A stretch of 51,412 nucleotides of DNA from a virus (IMGVR_UViG_3300023073_000001:1-51412); one strand, 5' to 3'. Positions 7,567 through 15,947 are shown, counted from the first letter of the stretch. A program made the numbers and translations. The notes: generated by a model from the letters alone, not told the origin.

Positions 7567-9093
7567 TTAGCTGAAGAAGCGACGCTTACCTCCACCGGAG
7601 GCAGCAACCTTCTGCGGCTCAGGCGCCAGCTCTTCCTTGGCCTTCTCGTGGACGACCTTGGCAGCAGCCTGCCGAGCTTCGGCTTCCTTGGCGACCATCG
7701 ACTTGAACTCGTCGGTACCGCGGAAGCTTGTCTTGAACTCGTTGAGAAGCTGAACCAGCATCTTCTTGTCGAGCTGCATCAGCTGATCAGGCGTCCAGTA
7801 CATCGTGTCAGCCAGCGGGATGCCGACCTTGGCGGAGAACTTCGGCCAGCCTTCTTCGATCCTTTGGAGATCGAGGAGTGTCGGCCTTTTCAAGGCGTCG
7901 CCCATGAAGGACACCGCCAGTTCCATTGCCTTGCTGGTCTCGGCCGTGTCCATGTCCGGGATGTAGTCCGAGACATTCTGCGGCACGACCTTGAGATCAG
8001 GCTTCGCCTTCTCGAGCTCGACGTGAGCGTGCTTGAAGTCCTTCGGAGCGATGATCTTCGAGCCGGTCTTCATGTCGTTGACGAGGATCTTGAGTTCGTT
8101 CGCCGTCTTGATCGGACGCTTGGCGAACTCGACGTGGTGAGGTGCCACGAGGATCTTCGGACGCTTGTCGTGCTCCTTCGGAAGCTGGTTCGGATGGCTC
8201 GCATTGAACGTCCGATACCACATATTACGGACGCCGCGTTCCGCGCCTTCCGGCGGGGACATCCAGACAGAGCCGGCGTGAATCGCCGTGTCGGTCTTGG
8301 GTGCTTCCGGGACCGGGGACTGGGGGACGGAATGCTTGGTGTCCGGGGCCGTCGGGACGGCCGGCGGTGTAGCCTCGGGCGCAGGGGAGGCTGAACTGTC
8401 GGAGAAAAAACGACGCTTCGCTGACTTCGCAACCTCCGCAACAGCGGATGCAGCAGCAGAGACGACGTGCTTCTCCTTGGTTTCGCCGAAGGCCATGTTG
8501 TCGGAGACGTTGCCCCATTCGTAGGACTTGCCGAGCTCGTTGTTGCCGAAGGAGATCGGCTCACCGGTCAGCGGCAGGAACGCGAAGACGCAACGATGGT
8601 TGCTGGCATTGATCAGAGTGTCCTGGAAGGTCTTCCTGCGCAGCTTGGCGTAGAAATCGTCGAGCGACTTGCTGTCGCCGGCGGTCTCGATCAACAGCGG
8701 CTCGAGGAACTGCTCCCAGAAGTTGCCCTCGTCGGAACGAGTCCCGGCGGGGTTGGTGTACTTCGAAAAGTCACCTTCGACAAAGACAGCCAGCATGGCG
8801 TCGTCGCCGTCGGTCAGAATGAAGGGTTGAATGTCCTTCTTGGTGTCGAACGTCCCCTTCTTGTCAGCGAAGAACAAGAGGATCGAGTTGTCCTTGCCGG
8901 CGTCCATCAGCTTCTCGAACTGAGCTGCTGTTTGTGCCGTTTCGGCGAACTCGTAGTCGATCTCCGGCTTGCCACTGTCGGCATGACGGATTGCGAAGCC
9001 AGACACCGAGCCGCGAAGCTTGATGATATGATCGATCATCGCCGTCGGAACGACATGACCGGGCTTCTTCTCAACGATTGCTGATAAATTCAT
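7567..9093 (-). CDS. Protein with a degenerate class II glutamine amidotransferase (Ntn)-like N-terminal domain, Pro/Ala linker and unknown C-terminal region
   Basis: MNLSAIVEKKPG...SGFA...ILLFFA...IQPF...LAVFVEG...RSDE aligns by eye to MC...GFG...HxR...HPF...HNG...SDT. Confidence 0.55.
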   Translation of the reverse strand: MNLSAIVEKKPGHVVPTAMIDHIIKLRGSVSGFAIRHADSGKPEIDYEFAETAQTAAQFEKLMDAGKDNSILLFFADKKGTFDTKKDIQPFILTDGDDAMLAVFVEGDFSKYTNPAGTRSDEGNFWEQFLEPLLIETAGDSKSLDDFYAKLRRKTFQDTLINASNHRCVFAFLPLTGEPISFGNNELGKSYEWGNVSDNMAFGETKEKHVVSAAASAVAEVAKSAKRRFFSDSSASPAPEATPPAVPTAPDTKHSVPQSPVPEAPKTDTAIHAGSVWMSPPEGAERGVRNMWYRTFNASHPNQLPKEHDKRPKILVAPHHVEFAKRPIKTANELKILVNDMKTGSKIIAPKDFKHAHVELEKAKPDLKVVPQNVSDYIPDMDTAETSKAMELAVSFMGDALKRPTLLDLQRIEEGWPKFSAKVGIPLADTMYWTPDQLMQLDKKMLVQLLNEFKTSFRGTDEFKSMVAKEAEARQAAAKVVHEKAKEELAPEPQKVAASGGGKRRFFS

Positions 9094-9171
9094 GGTCTCT
9101 CTCTTCTGTTAGTGGGCGAATGCCCTGTGAAACAGCCTGCAAATGGCGCGTACGCCACCTGATGACAGGTT

Positions 9172-9807
9172 TTACGCTGTCTTTTTGTGCTTCCTGAGGA
9201 AGCGATCGCCGATGCCGACGAACTGAGGGATGACATTCTCACCGGGCTTACCACCCGGTATCTTGCCCTTCGGGCTGGCTTCATGCGTCTTGTTGGTCTT
9301 GACGCGATGAGCGATGGCCAGCTTGTTGTTCTTCCGACGCACTAGATCAGGCATGTCGAATAACTTGCCGACTCGTTCCAAGTATTCCCTGTATTCTTGA
9401 TCGGAAATAATCCCGAGAACACAGGCATCAAGGAAAGCATCACCAAGTATGTCCGCAAGAGCCCCTTGCTTCCATTTGGCCATCTTCTTCTCCATGTTCC
9501 TTACGGACCACCGACGATGAAGACGACGAACAGGAGCAAGAACACGATGCATCGGTCGCTGGATTAGCTTCCAATACAAAGGCCTGACCTTGTCACGCAG
9601 CCAACGCTGCCATACAGCCCGTAGCATCAAAGCCACCAAGCCGCACGCAATGATGGCTGCCCCGAAACCGTAGACGATCTCGGAATTCTCATACGCCCAC
9701 AGGCGGATGGCCTCATACGTAATGGACAGCCAGTGTCCAAGGATATACAGGATGCCAAGCACGAAGCCTGCGACATCCTGAAAGAACTCCCACATCTTAG
9801 CCGACAT
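9172..9807 (-). CDS. Membrane protein with two N-terminal hydrophobic helices
   Basis: 211 aa, hydrophobic segments near residues 12-30 and 44-64, coupled to upstream stop. Confidence 0.7.
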   Translation of the reverse strand: MSAKMWEFFQDVAGFVLGILYILGHWLSITYEAIRLWAYENSEIVYGFGAAIIACGLVALMLRAVWQRWLRDKVRPLYWKLIQRPMHRVLAPVRRLHRRWSVRNMEKKMAKWKQGALADILGDAFLDACVLGIISDQEYREYLERVGKLFDMPDLVRRKNNKLAIAHRVKTNKTHEASPKGKIPGGKPGENVIPQFVGIGDRFLRKHKKTA

Positions 9808-10112
9808 TAAAGCTCCTTGCTGATTGCCTCAATGATATTGACGGCACTGTCGTAGTCTATCTCCACCTCCTCGTCTTTGCTCTCTTCGAACAAGTAGACT
9901 TCACCTTCCGCGTAATCGACGGCGATGTCGCCGATCGGAAAGATTCCCTTCGGAGCCCGCGGATAGAAGTTATAGTAGAGAACTTCCTGCTGGTCATCCG
10001 TCATGCACCAACTCGTATACGTACCAACGAGTTGACCGAGCATGTAAAGATCGTGGCGTTCAGGCGATGCGACAGCCTGTTTGAATTGCGCAATGGCTTC
10101 CTTGATGCTCAT
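9807..10112 (-). CDS. Hypothetical protein
   Basis: 101 aa, overlapping start and stop with neighbours. Confidence 0.7.
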   Translation of the reverse strand: MSIKEAIAQFKQAVASPERHDLYMLGQLVGTYTSWCMTDDQQEVLYYNFYPRAPKGIFPIGDIAVDYAEGEVYLFEESKDEEVEIDYDSAVNIIEAISKEL

Positions 10113-10273
10113 TTCTTCTTCCCCTTCGTAGCGACATGAAAGAAACCACAGTGTTTACACTTATAAACCTTCAGCTTTATCTTGGAATTACACAGCAGCT
10201 GAGCTGAACGTTGTGTAAAGTGCACGACCTTACCGCTGTAGGAGCAGAGCATGCGACGTGTATTAGCACGCAT
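10109..10273 (-). CDS. 54-aa putative Zn-binding protein
   Basis: MRANTRRMLCSYSGK...VYKCKHCGFFHVATKGKKK; translationally coupled on both sides. Confidence 0.7.
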   Translation of the reverse strand: MRANTRRMLCSYSGKVVHFTQRSAQLLCNSKIKLKVYKCKHCGFFHVATKGKKK

Positions 10274-10596
10274 CAGTGCACCGTTACCCTTTCCCGTTTG
10301 TAGGCCTTAGCCTTCTTAAACGCAGCCTGCTTATCGCCAAGCTTGACGTTAGCAGGATTGATTTCATATCGGTAGGTATCAAATCCAAACTGTTTGAACA
10401 ACGAGAACTCAGAGCTACGGAACCACTTCGTCAGATCCTCAGGCTTAGCAAAGCAAGAGAAATCATCAGGCTCCATCTGAATACCGCTATCAGCGGGAGA
10501 AGGGTGGTCGTCGTCATAGAGACGAGGACTGCACGCCATTCCCATCTGGTATGGGCCTACACCTACTTCTTTGTGTTCCACACGATAGACGTACAT
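10273..10596 (-). CDS. Hypothetical phage protein, possible ADP-ribosyltransferase-like fold
   Basis: GGAG RBS; YRVE...GPY...HPSP...FSCF...KWF...QAAF pattern; fold call is speculative. Confidence 0.6.
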   Translation of the reverse strand: MYVYRVEHKEVGVGPYQMGMACSPRLYDDDHPSPADSGIQMEPDDFSCFAKPEDLTKWFRSSEFSLFKQFGFDTYRYEINPANVKLGDKQAAFKKAKAYKRERVTVH

Positions 10597-10633
10597 GGAT
10601 TAACTCCATTGTTGCTTCTTCATTAAACAAAGT

Positions 10634-10661
10634 AAAACCCCCGGAGATTTCTCTCCGAGGG
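10634..10661 (-). terminator. Rho-independent terminator
   Basis: CCCTCGGAGA-GAAA-TCTCCGGGGG followed by TTTT on the minus strand. Confidence 0.8.
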
Positions 10662-10683
10662 CTACTGGCTCGGTGCGGCCGAG

Positions 10684-11238
10684 CTACACTCCGGGAGGGG
10701 CAACCGAAGTGGTTCTGTCTACCCAACGTATGCGCTGAAGCTCCCAGCAACGGAGGGCATAACTCTTATCGGGGTAGGGGAGGCTGATTTGAATTACCAG
10801 TCTTCGTTTGTCATCCCGAACGAGGATGAACTTCGTCCTATCGGCCCGATAATACAGGCGGACACGCTCATAAGCGTTGTCCCTTATCTGAAAGAAATGA
10901 TTTACCACCTTCTCCTTGCGGAGACGCATGATGGTGTCCCGCACCTCAGCCTTACCGGCTGGAGTACCGATGAACAATCTCCCGTAGATACGGAGGATCA
11001 TTTCATCTACTTCACCCATACTGACGCCTAAAGATTTGGCACCAGCCTTGAGAGTGAGCATTACCTCCCGGTTCATACCTCCGGGTGCACTAACCCGCTC
11101 GGCCTTAAGCCGCTCAGGCATCTTGCTGCCTTCCCACTTCGTAAACTCTCCGGGCGTATCAAAAGATATGACACGGGGAAGTGCGGAGATATGTTTCTGT
11201 AACTTCCTTCGCTTCGCAGCGATGCTTCTGTTTCCCAT
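10684..11238 (-). CDS. Basic hypothetical protein
   Basis: 184 aa, RBS GGAGAAGGA, directly downstream of a sigma70 promoter. Confidence 0.7.
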   Translation of the reverse strand: MGNRSIAAKRRKLQKHISALPRVISFDTPGEFTKWEGSKMPERLKAERVSAPGGMNREVMLTLKAGAKSLGVSMGEVDEMILRIYGRLFIGTPAGKAEVRDTIMRLRKEKVVNHFFQIRDNAYERVRLYYRADRTKFILVRDDKRRLVIQISLPYPDKSYALRCWELQRIRWVDRTTSVAPPGV

Positions 11239-11261
11239 TTCCTTCTCCCCATTGTCTATAC

Positions 11262-11290
11262 AGTATAGCTCCTGAGGGTTCTTACGTCAA
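11262..11290 (-). promoter_or_regulatory. sigma70-type promoter
   Basis: TTGACG, 17-nt spacer, TATACT. Confidence 0.75.
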
Positions 11291-11346
11291 CCACACTTAA
11301 CCCTGAAAACAAATCTCAGGATTACCAACCCATTTGGAGGGGTGTT

Positions 11347-11469
11347 TCACCCACCCTTGAGTTTGTACAGAATGTACACGCCAACCACTGTGCCTATGAC
11401 ATACACACAGCACACAGTAGCGTGGAATAACTCAGTCGTAAGCCAGTCAGGCTTGTTGTCATCACCCAT
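11347..11469 (-). CDS. 40-aa membrane peptide
   Basis: GGAGG RBS; MGDDNKPDWLTTELFHATVCCVYVIGTVVGVYILYKLKGG. Confidence 0.6.
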   Translation of the reverse strand: MGDDNKPDWLTTELFHATVCCVYVIGTVVGVYILYKLKGG

Positions 11470-11508
11470 ATCACCCTCCGAAAACCTGTCATCAATGCAT
11501 ATTAACGC

Positions 11509-11537
11509 TTGACAGCGGGCAAACTAGCCTGTATAAG
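11509..11537 (+). promoter_or_regulatory. sigma70-type promoter antisense to the NYN gene
   Basis: TTGACA, 17-nt spacer, TATAAG; faces the 3' end of 11567-12109. Confidence 0.5.
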
Positions 11538-11566
11538 CGAGCTTATCCGCCGCCGGTTTGATATTC

Positions 11567-12109
11567 CTAAGACCTCAGAGTGTAGCGCTTGACCTGCACA
11601 TTCTTGATGTGCTCTATGTCAGCGCGTAATCCATCAAGCTCAATGAACGTATCAGCCTGACGTCGCAGCGCATCAGCCACCATACTACCAACGAGAGTAG
11701 ACAGTACAGTAACCCGTGTACCTAGTTCTTGCACACGTTCAACAACACAACGGAAGTCACCGTCACCAGAGAACAGCACCATCTCGTCGACGACCTCGGC
11801 GTACTTGGTAGCATAGACTGCTATCTCACAGTCCATATTACCCTTCCGCTTCTTCTCGCCGGCATGGGTGATGTAATCCTTAGTCTCCTTGGAGATAACA
11901 GTATACCCGTTATGTTCCAAGAAGTGCGTCATTGGACGCAGCGGTGATACCATATCCTTCGGTGGCAGCGCTGTGAAGTACAGTGCACGGTTGATATCAT
12001 ACTGCTTACTAAAGTAACGGAGGAACTTGACGTAATCAATCTGGAAGCCGAGTGCCATAGCCGAAGCATAGGCATTACTCCCATCAATCAGTATCGCTGC
12101 TCGTTTCAT
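11567..12109 (-). CDS. NYN domain (LabA/DUF88, PIN-like) ribonuclease
   Basis: IDGSN, KGNMDCEIA, LFSGDGDF, LRRQADTFIEL; acidic catalytic residues retained. Confidence 0.9.
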   Translation of the reverse strand: MKRAAILIDGSNAYASAMALGFQIDYVKFLRYFSKQYDINRALYFTALPPKDMVSPLRPMTHFLEHNGYTVISKETKDYITHAGEKKRKGNMDCEIAVYATKYAEVVDEMVLFSGDGDFRCVVERVQELGTRVTVLSTLVGSMVADALRRQADTFIELDGLRADIEHIKNVQVKRYTLRS

Positions 12110-12311
12110 CGTATGCTCCCTGCACTACGTGCATCAGTACAGGCTGAGAGTCAGAGAGACTCCAACCGAATTCATAGTGCTGCCGAATAGCAGGCAGCTT
12201 GAAGTGAGGACGGGTATATCCATTGAAGTATAGATGCCAGTCCTGTTCACGACGGAGACACTCACAACGTGTATCCTTCGTTGCCTTCATACGTATCTGA
12301 ACACGTTTCAT
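12084..12311 (-). CDS. Hypothetical protein
   Basis: 75 aa, RBS GAGGAGG. Confidence 0.6.
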   Translation of the reverse strand: MKRVQIRMKATKDTRCECLRREQDWHLYFNGYTRPHFKLPAIRQHYEFGWSLSDSQPVLMHVVQGAYDETSSDTD

Positions 12312-12543
12312 GCCCGCCTCCTCAATAGATGTAAGAGTTCAGCTAACCAAGCACGATATGCATGGACGTGATGATCCTGTTGCATACTAACCTCCTATGG
12401 TGAGCAGAAGTTGCGGAGATGCTCAGCTCCGGGTTTATACTCCGCAGGTAAACTACCTTCTGGAGTGGCGCCTTCTCGGCAGGCGTAGCCACGAATGATG
12501 CAGGCTAGGCGTACCTAACCTGAGGCTGACATCGCAAGACAAG

Positions 12544-12627
12544 TCAGCTAAGTATAACCATCAATATCATAGCAGTCATTAAGGCTGCTAGTATGATGTA
12601 CACAGGACCCATGCGGGGATCACGCAT
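12544..12627 (-). CDS. 27-aa hydrophobic peptide
   Basis: GGAGG RBS; MRDPRMGPVYIILAALMTAMILMVILS. Confidence 0.5.
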   Translation of the reverse strand: MRDPRMGPVYIILAALMTAMILMVILS

Positions 12628-12895
12628 CGTCATCCTCCGTATAGATTGGATAGCAGTAAAAATGAGGGTAGAGTTCTAGCTCTACCTCATCTTCCTTCGT
12701 CTTGATATCCTGCCAACGCAATGGCTTCCAAGCCAGTGTGATCTTGACCTGCCTCTGACGCACTGAGGCGTGTTGTATAGCAGAGATGCTATGCATTCCA
12801 TGCGTAGTGGGACGCCCTAAGGCGAGCCCACGTCCATAGTTTGCATGCTTGGGGCCTAGTTGGTCCAAGCCTGATGATTTGTGTGACTTACCCAT
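12620..12895 (-). CDS. Hypothetical protein
   Basis: ATG at 12895 after GGGAGG, coupled to upstream stop; 91 aa. Confidence 0.55.
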   Translation of the reverse strand: MGKSHKSSGLDQLGPKHANYGRGLALGRPTTHGMHSISAIQHASVRQRQVKITLAWKPLRWQDIKTKEDEVELELYPHFYCYPIYTEDDDA

Positions 12896-13149
12896 CACAG
12901 CCTCCCATGCATAACATACGCGGGATGTCGATAGTTCATAGGACAATCCCGAAGATCGCCTTGAACGATGGGTCTGCCAAGCCTGCGCTCCATGCAGGGT
13001 TGACAGAGAAAGTATCGGCAGTGGTTGCCCAGAGGAACGATCTTGTTCCATACCTCTGTGCATAACATCGGACCCCACCCGTCGTTGGGACAGTCTTGAC
13101 AGGTGAAGTCAATCGAGATCTCCCGATTGGGTTGTTTGACAGACATCAC
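12895..13149 (-). CDS. Cys-rich putative Zn-binding protein
   Basis: CQDC...LCQPCMERRLGR; RBS GGGGAG. Confidence 0.65.
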   Translation of the reverse strand: MMSVKQPNREISIDFTCQDCPNDGWGPMLCTEVWNKIVPLGNHCRYFLCQPCMERRLGRPIVQGDLRDCPMNYRHPAYVMHGRL

Positions 13150-13385
13150 AGCTTCTCCCCGAATGCTCCGAAGATAGGCTCGGCGAAGGAATCACCACGG
13201 AAGGACATTCCGTACTGGTCGGTGTCGAGTGCAGCGGCAAAGCGTGCCGCACGTGCTGCCAACAGAGGCCTCACGGTCTTGAGATCAGCAGGGCGGAATA
13301 CGCCTTGAAGATCGTTGCTGTTAGGACACGGCTTGTTAAGCGCGTGGAATGGTAGCCAACCTCTGTCCGTCTTAATCATATACAT
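13146..13385 (-). CDS. Hypothetical protein
   Basis: 79 aa, RBS GAGGGAG, first gene after the 13432-13460 promoter. Confidence 0.65.
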   Translation of the reverse strand: MYMIKTDRGWLPFHALNKPCPNSNDLQGVFRPADLKTVRPLLAARAARFAAALDTDQYGMSFRGDSFAEPIFGAFGEKL

Positions 13386-13431
13386 CGTAAGCTCCCTCTA
13401 CCAGTCAGAGCCGCTCTCCAACTGTACATAC

Positions 13432-13460
13432 ATTATCTCATTTACGACTTCTTAGGTCAA
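13432..13460 (-). promoter_or_regulatory. sigma70-type promoter with extended -10
   Basis: TTGACC, 17-nt spacer ending TGA, GATAAT. Confidence 0.7.
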
Positions 13461-13655
13461 CCTCACTTAGCCCGTAATACAAATGTCAGTAAGAATCAGA
13501 GTTATACCATATGAAATCATGGTCGCCACCATAAGACCTTAAACACATACATACACGCCTAGAAAAACCTGTCATCATGGGTATGTGTTGCATTTAGGAC
13601 ACACCTGTGGTATATCCAATACACACATACCGCACCGCAAAACCTGTCATCAGAC

Positions 13656-13708
13656 AAAAAAATACCCTGTGACATAAATGCAACACTGTTGCAAATACAT
13701 CACAGGGT
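13656..13708 (-). terminator. Long-stem terminator or RNA processing hairpin
   Basis: Outer stem ACCCTGTGA/TCACAGGGT, inner TGCAAC/GTTGCA, then a T7 run on the minus strand. Confidence 0.65.
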
Positions 13709-13720
13709 GTGGTAATTATG

Positions 13721-14005
13721 TTACGCTGCGTCGGCGCTGGTCAAAGCCGGGCCGATGGAGCGGGCGACGCGGGCGATATCCCGAACATCGTCATAGGACA
13801 GGATGACCTTGACACCGCCTTGCGTGTAGAGTTCCACGCCAGCCCATGCTTTGCGGTCTCCGCCGTTCATGCCGTTGGCGATCACCTGCGCTTCGTTGGC
13901 GTCGACGCAAGGGATGGTAACCTTGCCGGTCATGATAACCGTGGTTGTGTCGTCGTGCTTGTTATGACGCAGGGTTTCGTAAGCAGTCTGGACAATGTGT
14001 CGCAT
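13721..14005 (-). CDS. Early hypothetical protein (94 aa)
   Basis: ATG at 14005 after GAGGGA; ends ADAA. Confidence 0.65.
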   Translation of the reverse strand: MRHIVQTAYETLRHNKHDDTTTVIMTGKVTIPCVDANEAQVIANGMNGGDRKAWAGVELYTQGGVKVILSYDDVRDIARVARSIGPALTSADAA

Positions 14006-14098
14006 GTTAGTTCCCTCACCGTGCGGCCTGCCATTATGACAGGTTATCACACGCTAGAACCGGGCACGTATGCCCGGCTCAGGCTTGTGATAGAGGGA

Positions 14099-15130
14099 TT
14101 AAGCAGCGTCGGCAATGCGTTGGGCGATAGCCTGCCTGCGTTCACCGGGCTTGCTGGTCTTGTCGATCATGCCGTTGATGATATCACGGATATCACACAG
14201 CGTCATGAACGTATCGTCACCGGCCTTAGTGTTCAGGAACTTGACCCACTGGCCGTACATTTCCTGCTTGCTGTCGGTCACGATGGTATCGAGATAGTCG
14301 TGCAGTAAGAGGAACGTATTCCGTGCCTCTTCTGCCGTCGTGATGCGCTTGCCTTCTGCTTCCTCTTGCTGCCGCTTGCGCGTAGCAATCAGAGCATGGA
14401 AGGTTGCGCCGTTCTTGAAGGCGGCCATAGCATCCAGTTTCATGAATGCCTTAATGGTCATGCCTTCGTTATCCTCCAACTCGCGGCCTACCATCGTTGA
14501 CCGGACACGGACACGGTTCTCGTATCCCTTACCGTCTGCCGATGGCACAACCTCAGCATGAACGCCGCTGAGTTCGTTGACCTTTTCGAGTTGGAAGCGG
14601 AGGCCGAAGCCTGCTTTGATCGTAGCCCGGTAATAGTTGATCCGGTTCTTGACCTTAGCAAGCCTTGCATCCCGCGCTACCAGTTTGGAATGGCTGGCAC
14701 CGCCGTACTCGGCGATGAACTCGGCGGGGATACCGTCCGTTTTCATCTTGTCGTTGCCGAGACGTTCCAGCCAATCCTTTTCCTGATACAGCGTCACCGC
14801 CGGAGGCAGGTTGTCGGCGAAGATGTTATAGTAATCCTTTTCTTTGGGCTTGAACTTGCCATCCTTGCCGGATGGTTCCATTACCGTGAACTTGCACGGA
14901 TTGTTCTCGCCTTCGCCTTCCTTCGACTGCGGATCAGGGAAGGCGTCAAATGCTTCGCCAGTGTAGAACTTGACAGTAGCCTGCCAGATTGTGACCGGGC
15001 CGCCTTCCCAATCCTCCTTAGCCTTCACGACCGTTGACACGGACGAAAGGAACTCGGCGGGAACATGTGAAGCGGCGAACCGGGCTGCTTCGATCTGCTT
15101 TTGGCCTAGCGTCTTGTTGAGTTCAGTCAT
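14099..15130 (-). CDS. Early hypothetical protein (about 343 aa)
   Basis: Likely start MTELNK at 15130 after AGAGG; GC-rich third positions; ends ADAA. Confidence 0.8.
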   Translation of the reverse strand: MTELNKTLGQKQIEAARFAASHVPAEFLSSVSTVVKAKEDWEGGPVTIWQATVKFYTGEAFDAFPDPQSKEGEGENNPCKFTVMEPSGKDGKFKPKEKDYYNIFADNLPPAVTLYQEKDWLERLGNDKMKTDGIPAEFIAEYGGASHSKLVARDARLAKVKNRINYYRATIKAGFGLRFQLEKVNELSGVHAEVVPSADGKGYENRVRVRSTMVGRELEDNEGMTIKAFMKLDAMAAFKNGATFHALIATRKRQQEEAEGKRITTAEEARNTFLLLHDYLDTIVTDSKQEMYGQWVKFLNTKAGDDTFMTLCDIRDIINGMIDKTSKPGERRQAIAQRIADAA

Positions 15131-15354
15131 TGTCGTTGCCTCTCTTGATGTTAGGTTTTGTTGGTGATTAGCCAACGCTTCGCACTTTGCCCGGTATGGG
15201 CAAGCTATGCGAGCACACGGATGTCCCGTGCCCATATACGCACAAACGGGTGTTACCGCCTACGTATTCAGATGGGCCGTGGGCCGTGCTAGGCCAGATG
15301 AGCAGGGGAACCGCAAACCCGTAGGGCGGCTAACCATCTCTTGACCGTGCTTAT

Positions 15355-15383
15355 ATCCTAAAGCCTACCAATCCTTATGTAAA
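15355..15383 (-). promoter_or_regulatory. Putative sigma70 early promoter
   Basis: TTTACA, 17-nt spacer, TAGGAT, upstream of a hairpin-rich leader. Confidence 0.45.
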
Positions 15384-15414
15384 GCCATGTTATTCTAAAT
15401 ATTGTATCTTTCGG

Positions 15415-15503
15415 AGAATCGTATTCTTTTGTTGCCCTTAAAGGCTGAATGAAGAGAATAATATTCTTAGGGTATGACAACCTTAGGGTTAGAATAATAT
15501 TCT
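15415..15503. repeat. Three palindromic AGAAT-N3-ATTCT boxes in an AT-rich non-coding region
   Basis: AGAATCGTATTCT at 15415-15427; AGAATAATATTCT at 15455-15467 and 15491-15503. Confidence 0.7.
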
Positions 15504-15830
15504 ATTGATATATCTTATCCTCTCTTAGAGTATATACCTTATGATATTACCTATGATATGACGTATGTAATTGCATGGTATCAGAGGCTATCAGCTAAGG
15601 ATATTCCCTCTCTATTGGTATGCAGTATCTTGTATGCCACACCGACGCGGCCAGAGTCTTAGAACGGTTCTAAAGTCGGAAACGATTAGATCGCGTCCGA
15701 TTAAATCGGGTGTAGGGGGTGCCCCCCGGCTTAGCGCGCATTGAATTACCCCTCATAAATATCGAACAAAATTTATAGATAATACTTCCACAATTTTTCA
15801 CAGTCAGGGAAGTTCTTCCTTAACCAAATC

Positions 15831-15947
15831 TCAAGTGTCATTACCACACAACCATCTGACAAACATCTCTACTCCAGTAACGATACAAGCCAAGACAATC
15901 ACTATCGCTGCTATCCCGAATAGCCACAACACCCATTCATAAGCCAT
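15831..15947 (-). CDS. 38-aa membrane peptide
   Basis: MAYEWVLWLFGIAAIVIVLACIVTGVEMFVRWLCGNDT; GGAG RBS, abuts upstream stop. Confidence 0.55.
   Translation of the reverse strand: MAYEWVLWLFGIAAIVIVLACIVTGVEMFVRWLCGNDT

Noticed and set aside
7648-9084. Long plus-strand ORFs (7648-8394, 8467-9084; likewise 6772-7470, 13709-14308, and 29360-30136 on minus)
   Set aside because: Antisense shadows of real genes caused by codon bias.
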